48,618 bases of DNA from Candidatus Woesearchaeota archaeon (GCA_019323575.1 JAHWHB010000048.1:1-48618), one strand, 5' to 3'. Positions 35,576-44,860 are shown, counted from the first letter of the stretch. Numbers and translations: made by a program. The notes: generated by a model not told the origin, from the sequence alone.

Positions 35576-35587
35576 TTATCGACGATA
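35576..35587. promoter_or_regulatory. Palindrome TTATCGACGATA, copy 2 (mcm promoter)
   Basis: Exact repeat of 34909-34920. It sits 2 nt before the ORB-like box. Confidence 0.5.
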
Positions 35588-35589
35588 AT

Positions 35590-35609
35590 CTCCACAGGAA
35601 ACGCTGGGG
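35590..35609 (+). promoter_or_regulatory. ORB-like Orc1/Cdc6 box abutting the mcm TATA box
   Basis: CTCCACAGGAAA-CGCT-GGGG. It has the same dyad core and G-string as the boxes at 47479-47561, and is followed at once by TTTATAA (35610-35616). Confidence 0.5.
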
Positions 35610-35616
35610 TTTATAA
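35610..35616 (+). promoter_or_regulatory. TATA box of mcm
   Basis: ggTTTATAAc lies 55 nt upstream of the ATG. The SD gggggag lies 3 nt before the ATG. Confidence 0.5.
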
Positions 35617-35670
35617 CTAGAGCACCACAAACCTTTTTAAGCGGCCCTCAATCACTAACATGGGGGAGAA

Positions 35671-37680
35671 ATGGACGCTACCACTCTAATCACAAAAGCA
35701 CAAGAATTTCTGGAAAAAACATACTACGACCAGCTACTAGAAAGAGTAAGAAAAGGAGAAAAAAGCCTGACAGTAGAATTCGGACAGCTAGCACAATTCA
35801 ACCCAGAAATAGCAGACCTACTACTAGACCAGCCAGACGAAGTCCTAAAAGCAGCAGAAATAGCAGTAGAACAACTAAACATAGGACAAACAGTAAAAGG
35901 CTTTGTACTCAGATTCAGAGCCCTGCCAGAAAGCGCAAAAGTAATGATAAGAAACATCAGAAGCAAACACATAAACAAGCTGCTGGGCTTTGAAGGGGTA
36001 GTAAGAAACAAAAGCGAAGTAAGACCGCAGGTAGCAGCAGCAAAATTCGAATGCCCCAGCTGCGGAAACACACACTCAATTCTACAGTTAGACAACAAAT
36101 TCCAAGAACCTACAAGATGCAGCTGCGGAAGAAAAGGCAAGTTCAAACTAGTAAGCAAAGAACTAGTAGACGCGCAAATGATGGTGCTGGAAGAAGTACC
36201 AGAACAACTAGAAGGCGGAGAACAACCAAAAAGAATGAACGTACTATTGAAGAACGATTTGGTTTCACCACTAACAGAAAAAAGAACAAACCCAGGAGCA
36301 AGAGTGGCAGTCACAGGCCAAGTAAAAGAAGTCCCAATATTCCTAAGATCAGGAGGGCAAAGCACAAAATTCGACCTGTTCATAGAATCAAACCACCTGG
36401 AAGCAGTAGAAGAAGACTACAGCGAGATTAACATTTCCCCTGAGGAACTTAAAGAAATCAAAGACCTCGCAGCAGATCCACACCTATTCAAAAAAATAAT
36501 TAACTCAATGGCACCAAGCATCTACGGCCACGAAAAAATCAAAGAAGCACTCGCACTCCAACTCGCAGGAGGAGTCAGAAAGAAAAGAGACGACGGAATC
36601 ATAACAAGAGGAGACATCCACATGCTCCTAGTAGGAGACCCGGGAGCAGCAAAATCACAATTACTCAAAAGAATGCAATTCGTAGCACCAAAAGGAAGAT
36701 ACGTAACAGGAAAAGGAGCCAGCGGAGCAGGACTAAGCGCAGCAGTAGTAAAAGACGAATTCCTACAAGGCTGGAGCCTAGAAGCAGGAGCACTAGTACT
36801 AGCAAACAAAGGAATATGCTGCATAGACGAAATGGACAAAATGACAAAAGAAGACGGCTGGGCAATGCACGAAGCACTAGAACAACAAAGCGTCACAATA
36901 AGCAAAGCAAACATACAAGCAAGCCTGAGATGCGAAACAACAGTACTAGCAGCAGCAAACCCAAAATTCGGCAGATTTGACCCATACGACACAATAGCCA
37001 ACCAGATAAACCTAGCACCAACGCTAATCAACAGATTTGATTTGATATTTCCGATCAAAGACCTACCAGACCAAACAAAAGACGAAAGAATGGCAAAATT
37101 CATACTGGAACTGCACAAAAACAACGTAGAAAAACCAGAAATAAACACAAAACTACTAAGAAAATACTTCGCGTACTCAAGACAAAACATCTTCCCAAAA
37201 CTAACAGACGCAGCAGTAGAAGAACTAAGAGAATACTACCTAAAAATGAGAGCCTCAGCAAGCGGAGAGGTAAAAGCAATACCAATCTCAGCAAGACAAC
37301 TAGAAGGACTAGTAAGACTAGCAGAAGCCTGCGCAAGACTAAGACTAAGCGACAAAGTACTAAAAAAAGACGCCAAAAAAGCAATAGAACTGCTAGACTA
37401 CTGCCTCAGACAGGTAGCATTAGATGAAAAAACAGGCACGTTCGACATAGACAGAATAGCAACAGACATGCCTGCAAGCAGCAGAAACAAACTAATCATA
37501 GTCAAAGAACTAATCCAAGAACTAGAAGGAAAAGTCGGAAAAACAATACCGATAGAAGACCTGGTAAAAGCAGCAGCAGAAAAAGACATCAACGAAACAG
37601 AAGCAGAAGAAATAATACAAAAACTAAAAAGAGCAGGAGACATATTCGAACCAAGAAGAGGATTCATAAGCAGAATCTAA
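35671..37680 (+). CDS. mcm: MCM replicative helicase
   Basis: 669 aa. Zn finger CPSCGN...CSCG, Walker A GDPGAAKS, Walker B CCIDEMDK, and NRFDLIF (arginine finger region). No intein. Confidence 0.95.
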   Translation: MDATTLITKAQEFLEKTYYDQLLERVRKGEKSLTVEFGQLAQFNPEIADLLLDQPDEVLKAAEIAVEQLNIGQTVKGFVLRFRALPESAKVMIRNIRSKHINKLLGFEGVVRNKSEVRPQVAAAKFECPSCGNTHSILQLDNKFQEPTRCSCGRKGKFKLVSKELVDAQMMVLEEVPEQLEGGEQPKRMNVLLKNDLVSPLTEKRTNPGARVAVTGQVKEVPIFLRSGGQSTKFDLFIESNHLEAVEEDYSEINISPEELKEIKDLAADPHLFKKIINSMAPSIYGHEKIKEALALQLAGGVRKKRDDGIITRGDIHMLLVGDPGAAKSQLLKRMQFVAPKGRYVTGKGASGAGLSAAVVKDEFLQGWSLEAGALVLANKGICCIDEMDKMTKEDGWAMHEALEQQSVTISKANIQASLRCETTVLAAANPKFGRFDPYDTIANQINLAPTLINRFDLIFPIKDLPDQTKDERMAKFILELHKNNVEKPEINTKLLRKYFAYSRQNIFPKLTDAAVEELREYYLKMRASASGEVKAIPISARQLEGLVRLAEACARLRLSDKVLKKDAKKAIELLDYCLRQVALDEKTGTFDIDRIATDMPASSRNKLIIVKELIQELEGKVGKTIPIEDLVKAAAEKDINETEAEEIIQKLKRAGDIFEPRRGFISRI

Positions 37681-38778
37681 TTATTGCTGAGGCAAAGAAG
37701 CCTGAATACTAGAAAGCTGGGCAAGAGACAAGCAAGAATTCTTCATATAAGGATTAGAAATATCAGCACAAACAGAAAAATCATTCTTATAAGCAAAAGC
37801 AATAAAACAAGAATCACGAACATCAGAATCAACAATCTTAGGACACGGCTCCTTCCTTCCAGAGACCTCAGAGGCAGCATTCAAACAACCATCAATCAAA
37901 ACACGCTGAGCCATAGACTCGCAAACCTCCATCGCCCCAATAATGTTAGTAGGCGCCATCTCAACAGCACGCTGGCGAATCTCATCAGGACCAACAGGAC
38001 GAGGAGAACAATCAAGAACACAAGAAGAGGCATCCTCACCAGACTCACAAACACCATTACCGCAACAAGGCACCAAAGCAGTATGCACACACTCACCATT
38101 CACACAAGCATCAGAAGTGCAAAAATTCAAATCATCACAACCGCCAGGACAGGTCAACCCCAAAGCACGAGCCTCCTCAACAGCCCTCTCCTTCAAAGCC
38201 TCAACCGGCTCTTCCTTCACAACCCGCTCAACAACATCAAAAGAGGCAGACTGGGAAGAAGACTTCCCCTTATACGACAAAGTCACCTGCAAAGTATACA
38301 TGCCAAGCGGAACATCAGAAGGCAAAGCTATAGTTGCAGGAACACTAGTACGGGCAGTCAAAGAAAAACTCTCAGTCTTAGAAGCAACCTTGCCGGAAGG
38401 ACCAGAAACAACAAAATCAATCAAACCAGAAACACTCCTGCCGGAAGGATTCTGAACATCAACATTAACAACCAAATCCTGGCCAGGAGAGACCTTAGTG
38501 CTAAACAAGCTCAAAGAAAAACCCAAAACAGCAGCAGGGGGCTGCATCAACTTCAAAACAATCAAAACGCCGCCTGCCAAAACAAGCAAAACAAGAAAAG
38601 CGACAATAAGAATCCGGGTATTAATGAAACGCTTAGTAGGCGCGCCAGCCACACTCATAGCAGCATCAACATCAACAGAAGAATAACCAGCATTCAACAA
38701 AGTAGTACGAATAGTCTCTGCTTCATACCCCTGCTGAAGAAGCCTCCTAATATACTCAACTAAGCTTTCCTGCACCAT
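37681..38778 (-). CDS. Single-pass membrane protein with an Ig-like ectodomain and a Cys-rich repeat region
   Basis: 365 aa. Cytoplasmic N-domain LVEYIRRLLQQGYEAETIRTTLLNAGY. TM segment ILIVAFLVLLVLAGGVLIVL. A beta-rich segment follows, then CPGGCDD...CCGNGVCE and three (D/N)xC-x5-A-x8-C modules. The 359-aa ORF on the opposite strand is low-complexity and is rejected. Confidence 0.7.
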   Translation of the reverse strand: MVQESLVEYIRRLLQQGYEAETIRTTLLNAGYSSVDVDAAMSVAGAPTKRFINTRILIVAFLVLLVLAGGVLIVLKLMQPPAAVLGFSLSLFSTKVSPGQDLVVNVDVQNPSGRSVSGLIDFVVSGPSGKVASKTESFSLTARTSVPATIALPSDVPLGMYTLQVTLSYKGKSSSQSASFDVVERVVKEEPVEALKERAVEEARALGLTCPGGCDDLNFCTSDACVNGECVHTALVPCCGNGVCESGEDASSCVLDCSPRPVGPDEIRQRAVEMAPTNIIGAMEVCESMAQRVLIDGCLNAASEVSGRKEPCPKIVDSDVRDSCFIAFAYKNDFSVCADISNPYMKNSCLSLAQLSSIQASLPQQ

Positions 38779-38868
38779 CTTTTTAACATAAAATCACAAC
38801 AATCGTATTTAAATCTTCTCTTGAAGAATATAAATAAATAAAAACAGGAAAGAAAAAAACAAAAAGGG

Positions 38869-39372
38869 GTGGAAAGAGAAACAGCAAAACACGTCTGGAT
38901 ATCAGAACTACTTAGCGGAAGCCCCCTACAACAACCAGACGAAGCAAGCACAATAATACTACCAAACGGAACAACAGCAGGAAGAGTAAGAATATACGCC
39001 ACCGCTGTATCAACAGAAGAACTAATCATTGATGACGGCACAGGAAGCATACTAGTAAGAACATTTGAGAAGCCATTCAACGTACAGATAGGAGACTTTG
39101 TACTGGTAATAGGAAGACCAAGAATATACAACGAACAATGCTACATACTGGGAGAAATAGTCAAGAAAACAGACATAAAGTGGCTTAAAATAAAAGAAAA
39201 AACTAATCCAAAAGAACAAGACCCAATAGCAATAATAAAAGCACTAGACAAAGGAGAAGGGGCAGACTACAACGAGATAGCAGAAAAAATAGGAGAAGAC
39301 AAAATAACACACCTTCTGGCAATCGGAGAGGCATTTGAGACTAGACCAGGCAAAATCAAAATTCTAGAATAA
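38869..39372 (+). CDS. RPA32/Stn1-like protein: OB fold plus C-terminal winged helix; non-ATG (GTG) start
   Basis: 167 aa. GRVRIYATAVSTEELIIDDGTGSILVRTFE...IGDFVLVIGRP is typical of the RPA2/Stn1 OB fold. The C-terminal IIKALDKGEGADYNEIAEKIG...ETRPGKIKIL looks like a wHTH. The frame has no in-frame ATG. GTG 38869 lies about 30 nt after the TATA-like aatataaata. Confidence 0.55.
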   Translation: MERETAKHVWISELLSGSPLQQPDEASTIILPNGTTAGRVRIYATAVSTEELIIDDGTGSILVRTFEKPFNVQIGDFVLVIGRPRIYNEQCYILGEIVKKTDIKWLKIKEKTNPKEQDPIAIIKALDKGEGADYNEIAEKIGEDKITHLLAIGEAFETRPGKIKILE

Positions 39373-40227
39373 AGCAGGAGTGACAAAAACCTCAAGCAAA
39401 CCCGCAATAAACAAAATAAGCACTGCAAGAAGCAACAAATCAGAGACATCCAACAAAACCCTCTCAAACTTGCCAGTGCCAAAATCATGCTTGGCAATAG
39501 CAACAGACAAAATACCACCAGCAACACCAGCAATAATATAAGCAAAAATTTCAGGAACACCGTGAACAGCATAACGCAAAATACTCAGAGAACCAACATA
39601 AAAATAAGCAGCAGCCTTACTAAAACCAGCAGCGCCCGCGTATTTTGCCATGTGCGAACGAATAAAATTGCCGGCAGCAGCACCAATAACGCTTGCATTC
39701 CAAGTCAAAATAAAAATTGCGCCTGCACCATACAAGAAACTAAACAAAATACAGAAAATCAAAACCTTAATGTTATTCAAAAAAATCTTGCTCAACAAAG
39801 CAGTCTGAGTAATCTTGCCAGTAACGTGCTGGTTCAGATTAGAAATGGTCTGCGACTGAACCCTAAACAAGCCAGAGGCAACATCGGACGGAAGAGCAAC
39901 ATACCAAAAAGTAAAAGCAAAAGCCACACCAACAAACAAAACAAGATAGAAAAACAGCATAGGAGAGTGCTCCCGCAACATTGACTTGCCATCTGAAACC
40001 AAATCCTTGTGCTCCTCAAAACGCAAAGTATGGAACATCAGTGGAACAGCAGCAATAGTGGCCAAAAACACCATCACCATACTGCTCTGCTCCTCAAAAA
40101 TCCACATGGAGAGAAAAATAGCTAAAGTAGCATAGGCGAAACCAAGCATAAATACCGCCAAGGGATGCCTCTCAGCCTTAGGCGGGGACAATATTGATTC
40201 TAACACCATCTTTTCACATGAAAACAC
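39364..40227 (-). CDS. SpoIIM/DUF95-family membrane protein
   Basis: 287 aa, about 6 TM. The overall pattern resembles the stage II sporulation protein M family. Its 3' end overlaps the convergent OB-fold gene by 9 nt. Confidence 0.6.
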   Translation of the reverse strand: MFSCEKMVLESILSPPKAERHPLAVFMLGFAYATLAIFLSMWIFEEQSSMVMVFLATIAAVPLMFHTLRFEEHKDLVSDGKSMLREHSPMLFFYLVLFVGVAFAFTFWYVALPSDVASGLFRVQSQTISNLNQHVTGKITQTALLSKIFLNNIKVLIFCILFSFLYGAGAIFILTWNASVIGAAAGNFIRSHMAKYAGAAGFSKAAAYFYVGSLSILRYAVHGVPEIFAYIIAGVAGGILSVAIAKHDFGTGKFERVLLDVSDLLLLAVLILFIAGLLEVFVTPALF

Positions 40228-40292
40228 GCAAAGGGCTTTATATATTTTTGGTTGCCAAAATATTTAAATACTATCTGAGGAAATATCGTCGT

Positions 40293-40703
40293 ATGGAATA
40301 CGAGCTATTGCTGAAACGGGCACGCGAAAGGCTTCCGCAAAGCGTATTCGAAAAAGAACGCTTTGAAATACCAAAAGCAAGGGGCCACCTAGAAGGCAAC
40401 AAAACAGTAATCACAAACTTCTCACAAATAGCAAGCGTGCTACGCAGGCCGCCAGAACATCTTCTCAAATACGTACTAAAAGAACTAGCAACGCCAGGAG
40501 AGATATCAAGATCAGGGTTGCTAGTATTAGGAACAAAACTCGCAGCAAGCAGAATAAACGACAAAATAAAACAATACGCACACGAATTCGTGCTATGCCC
40601 TGACTGCGGAAAACCAGACACAGAAATAAAAAGAGAAGGAGATTTTTGCTTTTTGAAATGTTCAGCCTGCGGAGGTAAACACCCAGTAAAATCAAAAATA
40701 TGA
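40293..40703 (+). CDS. eif2b: Translation initiation factor aIF2 beta
   Basis: 136 aa from the ATG at 40293 (MEYELLLKRA...). KTVITNFSQIASVLRRPPEHLLKYVLKELATPG and the zinc ribbon CPDCGKPDT...CSACG. The TATA box tatttaaata (40261-40270) lies about 28 nt upstream. Confidence 0.9.
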   Translation: MEYELLLKRARERLPQSVFEKERFEIPKARGHLEGNKTVITNFSQIASVLRRPPEHLLKYVLKELATPGEISRSGLLVLGTKLAASRINDKIKQYAHEFVLCPDCGKPDTEIKREGDFCFLKCSACGGKHPVKSKI

Positions 40704-40999
40704 TGCTCGTAAAAATACATAAAAAAGAAGAAAAAACAATCATAGCAGTCTGCGACAAAGACCTAATCGGAAAAATACTTGAAGAAAACGGAAAACAACT
40801 CGACTTAAGGGCGGAATTCTACAAAGGCGAAGAAAAAACAACAGAAGAAATAGGAGACCTGATAAGAAACGCAGACGGAGTAAACCTGGTAGGACAAGAA
40901 GCAATAAAACTAGGATTGCAGGAAGGAGTAATAGAAGAAGAAAACATAATAAAAATACAAGGCATACCACACGCACAAGCAATACTCATGCAGGAATAA
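40700..40999 (+). CDS. DUF424-family protein (usual neighbour of aIF2-beta)
   Basis: 99 aa. IAVCDKDLIGKILEE...LDL...FYKGEE. Overlaps the eif2b stop by 4 nt. Confidence 0.7.
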   Translation: MMLVKIHKKEEKTIIAVCDKDLIGKILEENGKQLDLRAEFYKGEEKTTEEIGDLIRNADGVNLVGQEAIKLGLQEGVIEEENIIKIQGIPHAQAILMQE

Positions 41000-41410
41000 T
41001 CAAAACAAACGCTTATTCTCCAAAAAATTCTTTAACGGCAAAAACAAAGGCGAAGGAATCTCATCCTTCGAGAACCAGCCAAAATCAGACGTCTTATCCG
41101 CCTCACAAATCTTAGCCTCACCACCAGCATACTCCGCCTCAACAAAAATAGTAATGTAATGCGTGCCGTCTTCAGGACACACATCATTAGTCGCACCAAC
41201 AACACGAGAATTCTTAATATCAACATTGACCTCCTCCTTAGCCTCACGAGCAGCAGTCTCCTCAGGAGACTCGCCAAACTCAAGATGACCGCCAGGAAGA
41301 CTCCACGTATGAGCACCATGCGCGCCAATCCTTCTTTGCAACAAAATCTTACCACCCTTCTTAACAAAAACACCAACACCAACTCCAGGCCTTTTCATCA
41401 TCCAAACCAC
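41000..41410 (-). CDS. Nudix hydrolase
   Basis: 136 aa. Nudix box GGHLEFGESPEETAAREAKEEVNV. The start overlaps the DP2 3' end by 13 nt. Confidence 0.85.
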   Translation of the reverse strand: MVWMMKRPGVGVGVFVKKGGKILLQRRIGAHGAHTWSLPGGHLEFGESPEETAAREAKEEVNVDIKNSRVVGATNDVCPEDGTHYITIFVEAEYAGGEAKICEADKTSDFGWFSKDEIPSPLFLPLKNFLENKRLF

Positions 41411-44400
41411 TCCCCCAAGCCAACCTGCTTATCAGGCTCCTTTCCAAAAACACTCTCCAAACGAACACGCAACAACTCAATAGTCTGATTCAAATAAGGA
41501 GAAACATTATACTTCTTGGCAAGAGAAATCATAGGGCCAATATACTTAGAAACAAAACCCTCGCTCACGGTAAAAATAATCTTGCCATTGCACTTGGTGC
41601 ATTTGCCAACAAGAGGAGGACGACGGAACTTTGTATTGCAGGAAACACAGCGGAACTCCTGCATAGAAAACTTCCTCAAATTACCCTTAGCATCCTTAAT
41701 AAAATGCTTCTCAATAACCAAACGAGCGACATCAGAAGCATCAACACTCCTCAACTTCTCAGCAAGGTCCATCTGGCCCCTAAGCTTCTCCTCCATAGAA
41801 GGAAGAGTCTTATACGCACTACAACGAACAGTATGATTGATATTAGAAACATCATGAGTAAACAACATACCCTCGTACTGCTCAGGAGTATTCAAACGAG
41901 GCTTAATCTGAGCGACCTTAACATCCCAAGGCATCTTATACTCAAGACTCGCTTTGTATAATTCCAAAGGATACCTAGAAACAACATCAATATCAAAAGC
42001 CATATCGTCAACCTCTGCAGGAGTCAAAATACTAGTCAAAACAAGAGGAGTATCCATCGTAGAACCGCGAGAAGAAGGCAGGTACTTCTTGCTAAAATTC
42101 AAAAAAGCATCCATCAACAAAACAACACAAGCCTCATCACCATCACAATCCCTTCTAGTAGCGGCGTGCAACAAAGGATGAGCAAACAAGCCCTGAGTCT
42201 TACTAAAACCAATAATCCTGCCAACAATACCCGCGCTGGTATGCGGGGCAAGAACAACAACAAGATTGCCAATCAAATCAGGAGCAGAAGAGATATTATA
42301 GAAACGAGGAAGACCATACAACAACTCCAGCTCATCATCAACAAAGCGAGAAACATTCATAAGAACGGAATCAGCACCATCATCAGGACTCTCAGTACAA
42401 CTCGGCAAAATAATATCCTGAGGCTTAAGCTCAACAACCTGATTAACATCAACAAGAGCCCCGCCATAAATATCCTTCTCATAACCCAACTCCTTCAAAA
42501 CATCAACACCAACATTAATCTCAACAGGCTTAAAATGAGTAATAGGAAGCTGAGTCATATCATAACGAGTGGTGCCGTCCTTGTAAACATGAACATCATA
42601 ACGAGCACGCAACACTCCTTTAGCAAGATGCTCAGGAATATGCTCAGAATTACTAGTGCCACGAACACCCTTAATCAACTCAGGATACTGAGCAACACCA
42701 AGCTGCTTGACAACAGCATCAAAATAGTGCTTAATAGGAATAGAACGGGCAGAACAAGCATCAGCAGGACCATGACGAGAGCACTCAGCAGAATCCTGCA
42801 AACCACAAACAGCACACTTCCACTTCTGAACAGTAGAAGAACCACAAACCTCGCAAGAATTCAAAACAGTCTCAGCATTACACTTCTCACAGTAAAAGAA
42901 CGGAAAATCGGCAAAAACCTTACCGGCCTGCAACGTGCTCTGGAAACTCCTCAAACGCCCGCCTTCCTCCCCAACAGGAAACAAAACATGAGGGCTGCCA
43001 GTAAGCTCGCGCTGCTTAGCCTTCTCAGGACGGCCCATCCTGGCACCAATAAAAGTGCCACACTTATCCCTAACAGCAAAAGGAGAAAACTCATTGATAA
43101 CGTCCAAAACCTTCTTACCCTCAGAAATGTGCTTCTTTAAATCACTAGGCTTCCCCTCCAACAAATCAAACATGGCAGAAACAACAACAGCAAAATCACG
43201 CTCGACAACCACATACTCATTATTAACAAGAATGTGAGGCAAACCAATAAGCTCCAAATAACGCTTAGCATTATCAAGAGGAAGAACAATCTTATCAACG
43301 CCCTTCTCAGAAGCATGAACCTTAGCATGATCAAACCAATTCAAAAGCTCAGAAAAATCAACCAAAGACAACAAATTCCAATAAAAAGTATAAGCAGGAT
43401 GAACAGGGGTCTTAGTAGAAAGAGCAATAGACACAGCTTCCTTACCAGAAGGAATCTTTCTCAAAGGATTCTTCAAAAACTCAGAAAAACGAGAATCAGA
43501 AACCTCCTGAGCCCACCACTCAGGACAATAACCAGCAGGAGCAAGAGTGTGCGCGCGATTAAAAAAGTCACCATATGAAACCAATACATCACCCAAAAAC
43601 AAGATTTCCTTAATAAAAGGCTGAACCCGCTTTGCATCATCCAAAGAATTAACCTGAACAACAGAACCATCAGCCAACTTTACAATAGGACCATCAATAA
43701 AATCGCAAGCAGTCATACTGGCAGCCTTGCCCGGCCTCTCAGTCTTTAACTGAGTGCCGGTAGCAATATACTGATTCAAAATAAACATGGTGGCAGGATG
43801 AATAGCCTGAGCACTAAAACCACTGGTGCGACAACGACCATACCTCAAACGAAAACCACCAGGAGACAAAGGATAACCAAGAACAGGCCTGCCGGCAACC
43901 AAATCAGAAATATAAGTATAATCAGGAGAAATCTTGTGCTGAGAAGCAACCTTCTCTTTTCCTGCTTTAGCAGTCTTCTGAATTTTCAAGAAATCCTCCA
44001 AAAACTTCCAGGAATCCAATTTGAAATCCTTACCCCAAACACCAAGCTGCTTCCAAAGCTTAGGAGCCTTCAAAGGAATACAAGAAGAAAGAACCAGACA
44101 AAAACCAGACCTGATAAAATTAGTAGGAACACGCGGCAGGTCCTTATAATTGCTAACCTCAATACGCTCACTGGGATCCCCATTAACCTCTACAGGCAAA
44201 TGCTTCAACAAAAACGAAAGCTCAGCCTCGCTCGGATAATACTGCAAATTAGTAACACGCTCATGATAATCCTGAAGCTCAGTAGAAGCACGCTTAATCT
44301 CATCAGGCTGGGCATCATAAACACCAAAACCAAGACACTGCCTCACATAATCAGCAATAATCACACTAACAGCAGCAGCCGTGCCACCAGCATTCCTGAT

Positions 44401-44859
44401 AGGACCTGCAAAATTCACACAAACGTACTCACCACCATCCATCCGCTTCTTAACCTCAACATTAACAATACCGTCCAAAGGAGAGCTGACAACACCCACA
44501 GTAACATAAGCGAAACCAGTACGAACACCAACCTCCATAGCCTGCTGCCTGCTGGAAAACTTGCAAAACCTCTCCAAAGCAACCTCCTCAGCAATCTTCA
44601 AAGCAACACGCCAGTCAAGAGAGCCAAACTCCTTCTCCAACTCCATAATCCGCTCGACAACACCAGAGCCAACGATCTGAGGGGCAACAACAGAAATCAA
44701 GCCAACAACACGCTGAGCCATATTATCAGCAAGAGAAACCTCAACAGAAGAAACAGGATCAAAACCCTTGGCACGAGCCTTAGAAGCGGCAGAGTGCAAC
44801 CTAGCAACCTCAGACTTCAAACCATCAAAATACTTGTTCATCAAAGGGGACGCAATCAT
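41398..44859 (-). CDS. dp2: DNA polymerase D large subunit (DP2), with a canonical C-terminal PIP box
   Basis: 1153 aa. Full-length match to the DP2 architecture, including Cys clusters (CEKCNAETVLNSCEVCG, CAVCG, CVSCNTKF...CTKCNG). The C-terminus is KQVGLGEWFG, i.e. QxxLxxWF (41404-41427). Confidence 0.95.
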   Translation of the reverse strand: MIASPLMNKYFDGLKSEVARLHSAASKARAKGFDPVSSVEVSLADNMAQRVVGLISVVAPQIVGSGVVERIMELEKEFGSLDWRVALKIAEEVALERFCKFSSRQQAMEVGVRTGFAYVTVGVVSSPLDGIVNVEVKKRMDGGEYVCVNFAGPIRNAGGTAAAVSVIIADYVRQCLGFGVYDAQPDEIKRASTELQDYHERVTNLQYYPSEAELSFLLKHLPVEVNGDPSERIEVSNYKDLPRVPTNFIRSGFCLVLSSCIPLKAPKLWKQLGVWGKDFKLDSWKFLEDFLKIQKTAKAGKEKVASQHKISPDYTYISDLVAGRPVLGYPLSPGGFRLRYGRCRTSGFSAQAIHPATMFILNQYIATGTQLKTERPGKAASMTACDFIDGPIVKLADGSVVQVNSLDDAKRVQPFIKEILFLGDVLVSYGDFFNRAHTLAPAGYCPEWWAQEVSDSRFSEFLKNPLRKIPSGKEAVSIALSTKTPVHPAYTFYWNLLSLVDFSELLNWFDHAKVHASEKGVDKIVLPLDNAKRYLELIGLPHILVNNEYVVVERDFAVVVSAMFDLLEGKPSDLKKHISEGKKVLDVINEFSPFAVRDKCGTFIGARMGRPEKAKQRELTGSPHVLFPVGEEGGRLRSFQSTLQAGKVFADFPFFYCEKCNAETVLNSCEVCGSSTVQKWKCAVCGLQDSAECSRHGPADACSARSIPIKHYFDAVVKQLGVAQYPELIKGVRGTSNSEHIPEHLAKGVLRARYDVHVYKDGTTRYDMTQLPITHFKPVEINVGVDVLKELGYEKDIYGGALVDVNQVVELKPQDIILPSCTESPDDGADSVLMNVSRFVDDELELLYGLPRFYNISSAPDLIGNLVVVLAPHTSAGIVGRIIGFSKTQGLFAHPLLHAATRRDCDGDEACVVLLMDAFLNFSKKYLPSSRGSTMDTPLVLTSILTPAEVDDMAFDIDVVSRYPLELYKASLEYKMPWDVKVAQIKPRLNTPEQYEGMLFTHDVSNINHTVRCSAYKTLPSMEEKLRGQMDLAEKLRSVDASDVARLVIEKHFIKDAKGNLRKFSMQEFRCVSCNTKFRRPPLVGKCTKCNGKIIFTVSEGFVSKYIGPMISLAKKYNVSPYLNQTIELLRVRLESVFGKEPDKQVGLGEWFG

Positions 44860-44860
44860 A

